DNA from: Anaeromyxobacter sp. RBG_16_69_14
Lineage (GTDB): Bacteria; Myxococcota; Myxococcia; Myxococcales; Anaeromyxobacteraceae
Assembly: GCA_001768075.1 (NCBI GenBank)
Contig: MEMX01000070.1
Span: 174,637-214,404 of the forward strand
Length of the DNA stretch: 39,768 nt
Direction of reading: 5' to 3'
Below, in pieces: positions 31,381 to 39,708 of the stretch (position 1 is its first letter; every line of letters begins with the position of its first letter). Under the pieces are notes generated by a model. It had not been told where the DNA came from, searched no databases, and worked only from the letters and a program-made list of their open reading frames with translations. Made by a program: the position numbers and the translations under genes.

Positions 31381-32420
31381 CTAGCTCCCGAAGTCGCGGC
31401 GGTACATGCGGACCACCGCGACGAGAAACGAGACAGCGAGCGGCCCGATCAGGAAGCCGACCGGGCCGAAGACCGCCAGGCCGCCGAAGAGGGCGAAGAA
31501 GATGATCGCGCCGTGGATGGGGACGCCGCCCCGGATGATGATCGGCTTCACCACGTTGTCGATCATCGCCACCACCCCGAAGGCGTAGGCGCCGAGGAAG
31601 ATGCCGGCGGCGGTGTGGCCGGTGGCGATCTTCACCACCGCCACGAGCACGACGACGATCGTCGCGCCCAGGAACGGCACGAGCGAGAGGACGAAGGTCA
31701 TGACGGCGAAGAAGATCGGGTTCGGCACGCCCGCGATGAGGAAGCCCACGAACGCGACCACCGACTGCACCCCGCCGGTGGCGATGGTGGAGACGAGCAC
31801 GGTGACGGTGACGCGCCGGAACTCGCGCAGGAGCTCCGTGACCTGCCCGCGCTTGAGCGGGATGGCCTCGTTCAGCCAGTTCACCAGCGCAGGGCCGTCC
31901 AGGAGCAGGAAGTAGAGCGCGACGAGCATGAGCACGCTGTGGAAGAGGAAGCTGCCGGTGGCGGAGAGCAGGTTCCCGACGACCGCCGCCGCGCGCGCCC
32001 CCTGAGCCGTCGCGATCTCCTGGAACCGCTCGAGGGTGCCCGGGAGCGCCTGCTGCAGGTGCTCGGCGAGCGGGCGCAGCACCGTGGGGACCCGTTGCAC
32101 GAGGCCGTCGAGGACGTCGCCGTGGATCGCCTGGCGCAGCCAGCCCACCCCGTTCTGGATCTGGGGGACGAGCACGGCGCCCAGCGCCGAGAGCGGCCCC
32201 GCACCGCCACCACGATCGACGCGGTGAGGAGGGAGGCGGAAAGGGTGCGGCGGCCACCCAGCGCGGTGGCGAGACGCGTCGTCCAGGGTGCGAGGGCGCC
32301 TGCCAGCACCGCCGCCACGAAGAGCGAGGTGCCGAAAGGCAGCATGATGGCGATGAGCAGCAGGACCGCCAGGACCGCCAGGATGACGAGGACCGCGTGC
32401 GCGGTGCGAGCCGGTACCAT
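31381..32420 (-). pseudogene. AI-2E family transporter with a single-base frameshift (pseudogene or sequencing error)
   Basis: The hydrophobic N-terminus (ATG 32420) and the C-terminal ORF 31381-32175 (FLLLDG, IDNVVKP, GFLIGP) are in different frames. The span of 1040 nt is one base short of 347 codons, and adding one base near 32202 restores VAGPLSALGAVLVPQI. Confidence 0.85.
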
Positions 32421-32492
32421 GGGCTAGCGCTGCTCCTGGTCGGCATGCTCGGCGCGCACGATGAGGCAGTTTACCATAGGTACGCTCGTCCC

Positions 32493-32565
32493 GGCGGCGG
32501 GCCTCCGGCGCGTTCGCTCGCTGGCGCGAGCGAGCCGCCGGCTCCCGCCGCCTCTCGGATCCGAG
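32493..32565. repeat. Long intergenic GC-rich stem-loop (REP-like)
   Basis: ggcggcggg..ccggcg..cgctcgc-tggc-gcgagcg..cgccgg..cccgccgcc (32493-32552), followed by palindrome ctcggatccgag. Confidence 0.65.
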
Positions 32566-32644
32566 GGGACTCCGTCCCGCCCCTCCCGCTGCGCGGGGTG
32601 AGGGGGATGGGACACAGGATCGACGTGTCGTCCCGCGCGCGGCA

Positions 32645-33355
32645 CTAGAAGTTGAGGTGGACGCGCTCGGGCGGGATGCCGGCGCGGGCCAGGGTGGCTT
32701 TCACGTCGTCGACCATGGCGGTCATCCCGCAGACGAATGCGACGGAGCTCTCGGGCGGCGAGCCGCCGAAGCCAAGGGAGTGCGCCACCTCCTGGACGCG
32801 ACCGCGCACCCCCTTCCACGCCTCGTCTTCACGGGAGGGGCACAGGACCACGCGCACCCCGCCCCGCTCCCAGGTGAGGTGCTCCCGCGTGTAGGCGAAG
32901 TCACCCCCACGGCGTTGGCCGTAGAAGAGCGTCACCCGGTCGAAGGCATCGCGGTGCGCCAGGATGTGCTGCACGAGGGCGCGGATGGGCGCGATCCCGG
33001 AGCCGGCGGCGAAGAGGAGGACGTGCCGGCCGCGCCCCTCCTCCAAGGGGAAGCCCTTGCCGAACGGCGCCGAGACGTCGAGCGCGCGGTCGGGGATGCC
33101 GCCGGCGATGGCGGCGTCCGCGACGCGCCCGCCGCGCTTGACGAGCAGCTCCATCACTCCGTCAGGCGACGGCGCGGTCGCGAGCGCGAAGTACGCCTCC
33201 CCGGCCGGCGTGTGGAGCTTCACGACTTGTCCCGGCCGCTCATGTGCGCCGGCGAGCCGAGGGGGGAGCTCGAGGCGCAGCGCGTGCAGGGTGGGCGTCT
33301 CGTCCCAGGCGCCGAGTACGCGCGCTGGAGCGAGAGGGGCGGCGGCGAGCGTCAC
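32645..33355 (-). CDS. FAD/NAD(P)-binding oxidoreductase (ferredoxin reductase-like)
   Basis: RPGQVV, APFGKGF, AAGSGIAP, LFYGQR, GRVQ, FVCG, terminal LNF. Confidence 0.88.
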   Translation of the reverse strand: MTLAAAPLAPARVLGAWDETPTLHALRLELPPRLAGAHERPGQVVKLHTPAGEAYFALATAPSPDGVMELLVKRGGRVADAAIAGGIPDRALDVSAPFGKGFPLEEGRGRHVLLFAAGSGIAPIRALVQHILAHRDAFDRVTLFYGQRRGGDFAYTREHLTWERGGVRVVLCPSREDEAWKGVRGRVQEVAHSLGFGGSPPESSVAFVCGMTAMVDDVKATLARAGIPPERVHLNF

Positions 33356-33533
33356 CCCGTTCCTTTAGCAGTTCCCGGCAGCGCGCGCGGCGCTGGTTTG
33401 GGCAGGCGGCGCCACGCCCCCTGCCACTCCCCATGGTCGCGGGAGAGGGTCCTTCACCGGCCGCCGAATGCGCCGGGTGACCGGTGTGAAGGAGCTGGAT
33501 CGGGGCGCGAGCCACCACGCCACGAGATGCCGC

Positions 33534-34055
33534 CTACGACACGCGACCCAGGACCCCGAGCATGGCCCGGCCGAACGCCGGGAGGTCCTTCGGTACGCGC
33601 GCCGAGACGACGTTGCCGTCCACCACCGCGGGCTCGTCGATCCAGCGCGCCCCAGCGTTCACCAGATCGTCACGGATGCCCACCGTGGAGGTCATACGCC
33701 GCCCGCGCACGATACCGGCCGAGATGAGCACCCAGGGGCCGTGACAGATGGTGGCGATCATCCTGCCCGCCTCGTGCACCTCGCGCACTCGCCGCAGCAC
33801 CTCCGGATCGCGGCGCAGCTTGTCGGGCGCCCAGCCGCCGGGGACGACGAGCCCGACCAGATCCTCGGCGCGGAAGTCCGCCACGCTGCCGTCCACCGGG
33901 CACGGATAGCCGTGCTTCCCGCGGTACTCGCGCTCGCCGATGCCGGCGAGCTTCACCACGTAGCCTGACTCCTCCAGCCGCAGCTTCGGGTACCAGACCT
34001 CGAGATCCTCGTACTCGGGACCGACCACGATGAGGATGGTGCGCTCGGCGGGCAT
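33534..34055 (-). CDS. PfpI/DJ-1 family type 1 glutamine amidotransferase-like protein
   Basis: YEDLE, VPGGWAPDKLR, TICHGP nucleophile; AGGAGG RBS before ATG 34055. Confidence 0.93.
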   Translation of the reverse strand: MPAERTILIVVGPEYEDLEVWYPKLRLEESGYVVKLAGIGEREYRGKHGYPCPVDGSVADFRAEDLVGLVVPGGWAPDKLRRDPEVLRRVREVHEAGRMIATICHGPWVLISAGIVRGRRMTSTVGIRDDLVNAGARWIDEPAVVDGNVVSARVPKDLPAFGRAMLGVLGRVS

Positions 34056-34100
34056 GATGCGCCTCCTGGGGGTAGCGGCCCCCACGGTGCAAACGTAGCG

Positions 34101-34225
34101 GTAGCGGGGGTGACAGCCAGTGACTAGTGGCCTTGCCCCTCGGTGCTCATTGACACCTTCGAGGGAGAGTCAAGGCTCTCCACCTTCGTTCGTAACCCGT
34201 TGAATTCATGGATGCATGAGCCCCG
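34101..34225 (+). repeat. Left copy of a ~125-bp diverged direct repeat (att-arm-like)
   Basis: Shares ggtgacagccagtga, gctcattgac.ccttcgagggagagtc and tcgtaacccgttgaattcatggatgc with 37805-37932. Confidence 0.9.
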
Positions 34226-34451
34226 TTCGGGTGACCTCACCGCCACAGATTACACGGCGGGGCCGCTACCTCTACCGGGGCTGAAGGTTGGTTTCCCGGT
34301 CTCGGTGGTGGCCATCGAAGGTATGGTAAGGCTTCTCGGACGGGTGCGCTCGGCGCCATCAACGCCCTCGCGAATGCCCCGCAAGTAGGACCGCGCGTCA
34401 GCACCCTGGGATCGAGGCCTGGGCTGCGCACCGCGCCCAGGCCGCCCCTGG

Positions 34452-37289
34452 CTACGCGATTCGAACAAACTGCGCATCGGACGGAACGCCGGCCCCGTTG
34501 ACGATGAACAGCAAGTAGAACCCGGGCGGCGCGATGTTGCCGTGCGCAGGAGCATGCGTGTCCAGGCTGGTCGGCGTTCGGCTCACGATCGGCAACTTGA
34601 TGTAGCGCTGCCCCGCGTCGGTGTGGTGGGTCACCGAGATAGGCGCGAGCAGCACGACCGATTCGATCTCGTTGGACTGCGGCGTCTGGATCGTGAAGCC
34701 CGCCCCGTACACCGCATTCGGTGGCGCGGCTGAAATCACTGGGCGCGCGCCGCGGTTCAGGTAACCCGGTGTATAGACCTCCGCGGACATCAGTTGCGGC
34801 TCGCCGCCCGCATAGAGCAGCCGCGCATCGGGCATCAGCACGCACACCGAGTGGTACTGGCGCCCGACTGACAGCGGCGCTGTCGGCGTCCACTGGTCGA
34901 GTTCGGGGTCGTAGATCTCGGTCGGGAGGACGACCGAGCCGGGATTGCGGCTGCCGATGCTGCATCCCCCGACGATCATGATCTTGCCATCGGGCATCAC
35001 GACGGCCGCCACGTTGGACCGCGGGTTGTTCATGTCGGCCAGCCGTTGCCAGGCCGCACCGCCGAGGCCGCCGCTGAACTCGATCATTTCGGCCGAGAGC
35101 GGATTGCGCGTGGTCGCCATGCCGGACGGACCACCGCCGAACACGAACACCCGCGTGCGCTCCGGGGTGACCGTGGTGTCGATCATCACGAGGCTCATGC
35201 CTTCCTGGCGGTTCGGGAACTGCTGCGTCCCGAAGTCGGTCCAGTTGCCCGAAGTGGGCCCCGTGAGGGTCAGGTGCGCGGTGTTCGTGCCCGGCAGCGG
35301 GTTCCACGACGTGCGGGTGTGGAAGACGTGCCCGCTGGGCAGCAGGTGCATGCCCGGGTAGAGGCCGGTGAAGCTGCGTGCAGCGCCAGTGACCATCTGC
35401 CAGTTCGCCCCGTCGAAGACCTCCACGCTGCTGTTCCCGTCGCCCGAGAAGGCCAGCACACGCCCGTCGGCAAGGCGCACGCCGGTGGGATACCAGCGCC
35501 CCTGTGACATGCCACCGGTCGCGCCAAACGTTCCGGCATCCGGATTCATCGGGTCGGGGGTGAAGACATACGCCCGGCTGTTCGAGTGCCCGGGCGCGTC
35601 GCCGCCGATGACGAGGAGCCGGCCATCGGCCAGGAAGGTGTGCCCGGCGCAGAAGAAGTCCTCCGGCATCGCGATGGCGGCGGAGAAGGTCCGGTTGACC
35701 GGATTGAACAGCCGCGCCTCGAGCGGCAGACCCCGTTCCGCGTGGCCCGAGAAGAGCAGGACACGGCCGTTGTGGAGCTGCGCGCCATGCACGATGAAGA
35801 TCGGCGCATCGGGCGTGCGTTCCCAGCCGTCTCGATCCCCGCAGCTGTGATGGTCGACGTCCGGGCATTCATGCAGGTGCACACGCTGCTTCGGGAGATG
35901 GAAGCACAGCTTGTGCAGTTCCTGCTCGGTCAGCTCGACCTCCTGCAGCGATCGCACCAGCCCAGCCATGCCCTCCATCATGTGCATCTCGACGTGGCAG
36001 TGGAACAGGAAGTCGCCCTGCAGCTGGAACTTCCGCTTCTTCGGCCGATGATGGCGCGGCTCGTCCGCTGCGCCGTGTGCGGGCGGTTCGTCGTGGTCCG
36101 CCTGCGGTTCGCAGTCGCACTCGCACGGGGGCGGCCACAGCAGTGCTGGCGGCACGACGGAGTCCAGGGTGAACGATTCGGCCGGCCCGATCGACTTGGT
36201 GTCGACCGATCCGTCGGCCGTCTTCCAGCGCTGCCCGTGCAGGTGGAAGTTGTGCCACATCATGCCCAGGTCCAGATTGAAGACGTGCCAGCGGATCCGC
36301 TTGCCCGACTTCGCCACGATCGTCGGCGTGTTGCCGATGAACGAGCGGCCATTGATGACCAGCGACTCCAACGCGGCGCTCGAACTGTCCGATGCCGTGT
36401 GGTCCTGGATACCGCCGTTCTGCCAGGTGACGGTGCCGCCCGGTGCAATCGTCACGTCGTCGGGGTCGAAGCGCGAGGGCGCGTCGAGGATGCTGACGGT
36501 CCTGGCCATCGCGCCACCGGCGGTGACGCGCACGGTACCGCGCATGCCGGGGTGGATCTTGCAGAAGTATTCGTAGGTGCCCTGATCGGCGAACAGGTGC
36601 GAGAACGTCCCCCCCGGTGCGAGCGTTCCGCTGTCGAACAGCGGCCGGCCCACCGACGGCACGAGGCGATGCAGGAACACCGGCGCCTCGATGTCCACCT
36701 TGTCGCAGTGAGGATCGCGCACGACCAGCCCGCCGAACAAACCCCGATTCACCGCTTCCGCCAGGTGTATCGAGTGGTCGTGGAACGGCCAGGGCCCGAT
36801 GGTGGTCTCGTCGATGTCGAAGACGTAGCACCACCGCCTTCCCGGACAGATCGCATCGCTGCGGTTGCCGTCGTCCTGGTGAACGCCGAACGGCCAGCTG
36901 CCGTCCGAGTCGATGCCGTAGTGCACGCCATGCACGTGGAAGCTGTGCGGCTCGTCGTCGGCGTTGAGGACGTGCACGTATAGGCGCTCGCCGGGGTGTG
37001 CGTAGAGCACGGTGCCTGGAATGCGACGATCGAAGCTCGGCTCGTTGATGTCGGCGGCGATCAACGGGTCGGTCTTCGGTAGCGTGAAGTCCTTGTCGAG
37101 GTACTCGCGGTACACCAGGGCATCGAGCGTGCGGCGCAGAACCTCGGACGGGGGGATCGTGGCGTCCTCGTGCCCGTGGTTGCGCATGCAATCCCGGGGC
37201 TCGCGATGGTGATCGTGGGCGTCGGGAGCAACCGGGCTGTACTCGCGCAGCTTCTCGATCTTCAGGTAGACGTGACGCACTGCGGCCAT
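34452..37289 (-). CDS. Fusion protein: two-domain multicopper oxidase + inserted cupredoxin + galactose/glyoxal-oxidase-like Kelch domain + DUF1929-like Ig domain
   Basis: MCO ligands HSFHVHG, WPFHDH, HNFHLHG, HCHVEMHMMEGM; cupredoxin YFCKIHPGM and QDHT; copper radical oxidase motifs FCAGH, RWYPT, RQYHS, VTHH; C-terminal APPGFYLLF. GGAGG RBS before ATG 37289. Confidence 0.92.
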   Translation of the reverse strand: MAAVRHVYLKIEKLREYSPVAPDAHDHHREPRDCMRNHGHEDATIPPSEVLRRTLDALVYREYLDKDFTLPKTDPLIAADINEPSFDRRIPGTVLYAHPGERLYVHVLNADDEPHSFHVHGVHYGIDSDGSWPFGVHQDDGNRSDAICPGRRWCYVFDIDETTIGPWPFHDHSIHLAEAVNRGLFGGLVVRDPHCDKVDIEAPVFLHRLVPSVGRPLFDSGTLAPGGTFSHLFADQGTYEYFCKIHPGMRGTVRVTAGGAMARTVSILDAPSRFDPDDVTIAPGGTVTWQNGGIQDHTASDSSSAALESLVINGRSFIGNTPTIVAKSGKRIRWHVFNLDLGMMWHNFHLHGQRWKTADGSVDTKSIGPAESFTLDSVVPPALLWPPPCECDCEPQADHDEPPAHGAADEPRHHRPKKRKFQLQGDFLFHCHVEMHMMEGMAGLVRSLQEVELTEQELHKLCFHLPKQRVHLHECPDVDHHSCGDRDGWERTPDAPIFIVHGAQLHNGRVLLFSGHAERGLPLEARLFNPVNRTFSAAIAMPEDFFCAGHTFLADGRLLVIGGDAPGHSNSRAYVFTPDPMNPDAGTFGATGGMSQGRWYPTGVRLADGRVLAFSGDGNSSVEVFDGANWQMVTGAARSFTGLYPGMHLLPSGHVFHTRTSWNPLPGTNTAHLTLTGPTSGNWTDFGTQQFPNRQEGMSLVMIDTTVTPERTRVFVFGGGPSGMATTRNPLSAEMIEFSGGLGGAAWQRLADMNNPRSNVAAVVMPDGKIMIVGGCSIGSRNPGSVVLPTEIYDPELDQWTPTAPLSVGRQYHSVCVLMPDARLLYAGGEPQLMSAEVYTPGYLNRGARPVISAAPPNAVYGAGFTIQTPQSNEIESVVLLAPISVTHHTDAGQRYIKLPIVSRTPTSLDTHAPAHGNIAPPGFYLLFIVNGAGVPSDAQFVRIA

Positions 37290-37564
37290 GACCAAGCCCT
37301 CCACCGCAATTCATGCCTTCTCATGACTCCTCCTCAGCGGCCGTTCTTCTCCGGTGGTGCGGCTTCCCGGTGATCGCTCGGCGGCCACCGGCGGGAGCCC
37401 TTGGTGCATCGAGCGGGCTCCACCAAGGAGTCGGCGGGCGACGTCACCGTGACATGGCAGTCCCACGTGAGCCTAAGGAGGGGGTCCATGGGGGCAGGCG
37501 TGAGCAGTCAGCGCGGCGAAGGCCGCACCAAACGCTCTAAGCGGTTCGTCAAAGGCAGAGCGCT

Positions 37565-37858
37565 ATGCCGGATGGCCCGGACAAGACCAACGGCATCGCC
37601 GTCGGCGATGTCGCCGACTATCAACTCCTCGCCGCGCGCGCCCGCGGCGGCTTCGACGCCGACGTGCCGTACGTCCAGCCTCCGCCCGGCCCCGGCGTCT
37701 TCAAGCCGGTGGCGCCGACGCCTCCCGTCGACATCAAGCTGAAGCAGGGGGGATCTCTCCTCGTGGTGAACCACCCCGAGTACCCGCCGGTGCATGCGAC
37801 CTTCGTAGCGGCGGTGACAGCCAGTGATTACGTGGCTTTGCGCCCCAGCGCTCATTGA
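37565..37858 (+). pseudogene. Relic of a vanadium-dependent haloperoxidase / PAP2-superfamily gene
   Basis: PDGPDKTNGIAVG...LLAARA..G...PPPGPGVF.P resembles the N-terminal region and NHPEYPPVH resembles the HPEYPSxH active-site motif. The usual intervening sequence is missing and the 3' end runs into the right direct repeat. Confidence 0.65.
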
Positions 37859-37932
37859 CGCCTTCGAGGGAGAGTCGGGGCTCTCGGGGCTTACGGTCGT
37901 AACCCGTTGAATTCATGGATGCGTGGGCCCCG
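37805..37932 (+). repeat. Right copy of the ~125-bp diverged direct repeat
   Basis: Aligns end to end with 34101-34225, with scattered substitutions and small indels. Confidence 0.9.
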
Positions 37933-38210
37933 CCCCATCTGGAAACGCGCGCGCACTCAGCAGGAGCGCTGCGTCGAAGTCTCGGCGAGGCCGCGCTTCG
38001 CGAAGCGCCTTGCCGTGAACTCGAGCCACCCAACATTCCGCAGTCGAACTGCGCGCCGTTCACCGCTTCTGCTCCCGTGACGTTCGTCAAGCGACGGCAG
38101 CATGAAATATTCGCCCTTGCTCGCTGTATTCATCTCGGAGTCCACGGGCGTGCTAGAAATGGCTCCTGCGACTGCGGCATGACTATTCGTTAACGACAAA
38201 GAGAGCGCCC

Positions 38211-38816
38211 ATGAGCGATGAAACCGTCAAGCGCTGCCCATGCTGTGGCTCGCACTATCAGCGCGTGCGACCCCCGGAGGAGCGCCACCCGGAACCGGCG
38301 GGCGAGATCCGGGCCGTGCAAGCCGCCCTCGCCGCCTCCCGCGTCGAGGTCGACGATCTGCGCCAGAGTCTCGAGGCGTGCCAGTTCGCGGCCGGGGAGT
38401 GCGCCTGGGCGGCGATCCGGGTCTTGCGCGACGCATGCCAGGTGAGTGGGGCCGAGCTCTCGCCCGGCGAGCAGGATCGCGTGACGCGCGCCCTCGAGCG
38501 CGTCGAGTGGTTCGAATGGTGCGACGCCCGACCGGAGTCTGAGTCACGCCGGGAGCTGCGGGCGGTCCTCGCGGCGCTCAAGGTTTCGCGGTCTGTCCAC
38601 GTGGAGCCCGCCGCGGAGCCAGGCGGGATCCACGCCGAGACGGAGCGCGACGGGGGTCGGGCATTCGACCGGCCAGACGTGCTGGGTCGTCCTCCGGCGC
38701 CGCGACGAGCTGGAGGGGGCCCTGGCGCCGTCAGGTTGCAGTGTTGCACCCAGGAAGACCCTTGTACGACGGACGGTTCGTCGAGCGTGGCCGCGCCTGC
38801 GAGCAAGATCCCGTGA
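38211..38816 (+). CDS. Hypothetical protein with N-terminal CPCC motif and coiled coil
   Basis: ATG with purine-rich RBS after an AT-rich upstream region; RCPCCG then a helical segment. The C-terminal third looks low-complexity or degenerate. Confidence 0.5.
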   Translation: MSDETVKRCPCCGSHYQRVRPPEERHPEPAGEIRAVQAALAASRVEVDDLRQSLEACQFAAGECAWAAIRVLRDACQVSGAELSPGEQDRVTRALERVEWFEWCDARPESESRRELRAVLAALKVSRSVHVEPAAEPGGIHAETERDGGRAFDRPDVLGRPPAPRRAGGGPGAVRLQCCTQEDPCTTDGSSSVAAPASKIP

Positions 38817-38925
38817 CGCGCGTGGTGGAGCAGGTCGAGGCCGCAGGGTAAGCCTGTCGCATGCTCGTGCACGTCGAGATCCGGCATCCCGGGGTTCGGC
38901 ATGACCCGGGCCTCGGCTCCGGGCC

Positions 38926-39708
38926 TCAGGGGAGGTAGGAGAGCGGGTTTCTCGGCCGAGTGCCCTCGCGCACCTCGAAGTGCAAGTGCGGTCCGGTGGT
39001 CCGCCCTGACCGGCCAACCTTTGCGATGGGTTGGCCTGCGCCCACGCGGTCGCCATGGCGCACCAGGAGCCTGCTGGCGTGGGCGTAGAGCGTGAGGAGC
39101 CCCCCTTCGTGCCGCAGGATGACGATCGAGCCGTAGCCTGACTGCTCGCCCGCGTAGACGACAGTGCCGGTGGCGGCGGCGCCGATACCCGTGCCCTCCG
39201 GAGCGGCGATGTCGATGCCGTCGTGGCGCCGGCCCTGGCGGGGGCCGTAGCGGCTGTAGAGCACGCCTTGCAGTGGCCAGCGCAGCCTCGCCTCCTTCGC
39301 GCCAGCAGGCGGGCGGACGGGGAGGAGCGGCGCAGGCTTGGGCTCGGCCACCTGCTGCTCGGGCTGCGAGCCGGGCGGGAGAGGTGCCGGTTCCCGCGTG
39401 CGCGTGGCGCCGGGCACGAAGATCTCCATTCCCACCTCGAGCTGGCGTGGGTCGCGCAGGCCGTTCACGTCCAGCAGCTCGCGCGGCGGGATCCCGTAGC
39501 TCTTCGCGATGCGGTAGAGGGTCTCGCCGCGCTTCACCACATGTACGACGCCGACCAGGTCGGGCTCGACGTGCGGCTCCGGACTGGTGAGCGGCGACGG
39601 TGGCTCCGAGGTGCCAGTAGGGCCATGCGCGCAGGAGAGGAGCGCGAGCGCCACCGCCAGCGGCCTTCCCTTGAGACTCGCCTTCTGCTGGTCCGGGCGC
39701 TGACTCAT
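38926..39708 (-). CDS. LysM + M23 peptidase lipoprotein (NlpD-like)
   Basis: ALLSC lipobox, LysM HVVKRGETLYRIAKSY, HDGIDI, TLYAH, TTGPHLHFEV. Confidence 0.93.
   Translation of the reverse strand: MSQRPDQQKASLKGRPLAVALALLSCAHGPTGTSEPPSPLTSPEPHVEPDLVGVVHVVKRGETLYRIAKSYGIPPRELLDVNGLRDPRQLEVGMEIFVPGATRTREPAPLPPGSQPEQQVAEPKPAPLLPVRPPAGAKEARLRWPLQGVLYSRYGPRQGRRHDGIDIAAPEGTGIGAAATGTVVYAGEQSGYGSIVILRHEGGLLTLYAHASRLLVRHGDRVGAGQPIAKVGRSGRTTGPHLHFEVREGTRPRNPLSYLP

Noticed and set aside
30914-32446. 510-aa ORF suggesting a long TsaA fusion
   Set aside because: Only the last ~142 codons are TsaA-like; the rest is an off-frame reading of the AI-2E gene.
34071-34270. 12-bp inverted repeat ggtagcggcccc / ggggccgctacc around the left direct repeat
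   Set aside because: Not reproduced around the right copy and GC-rich enough to be chance; noted only.
34101-37932. Integron attC sites or composite-transposon ends as the identity of the direct repeats
   Set aside because: No RYYYAAC...GTTRRRY bounded palindrome, no terminal inverted repeats, and no transposase or integrase seen.
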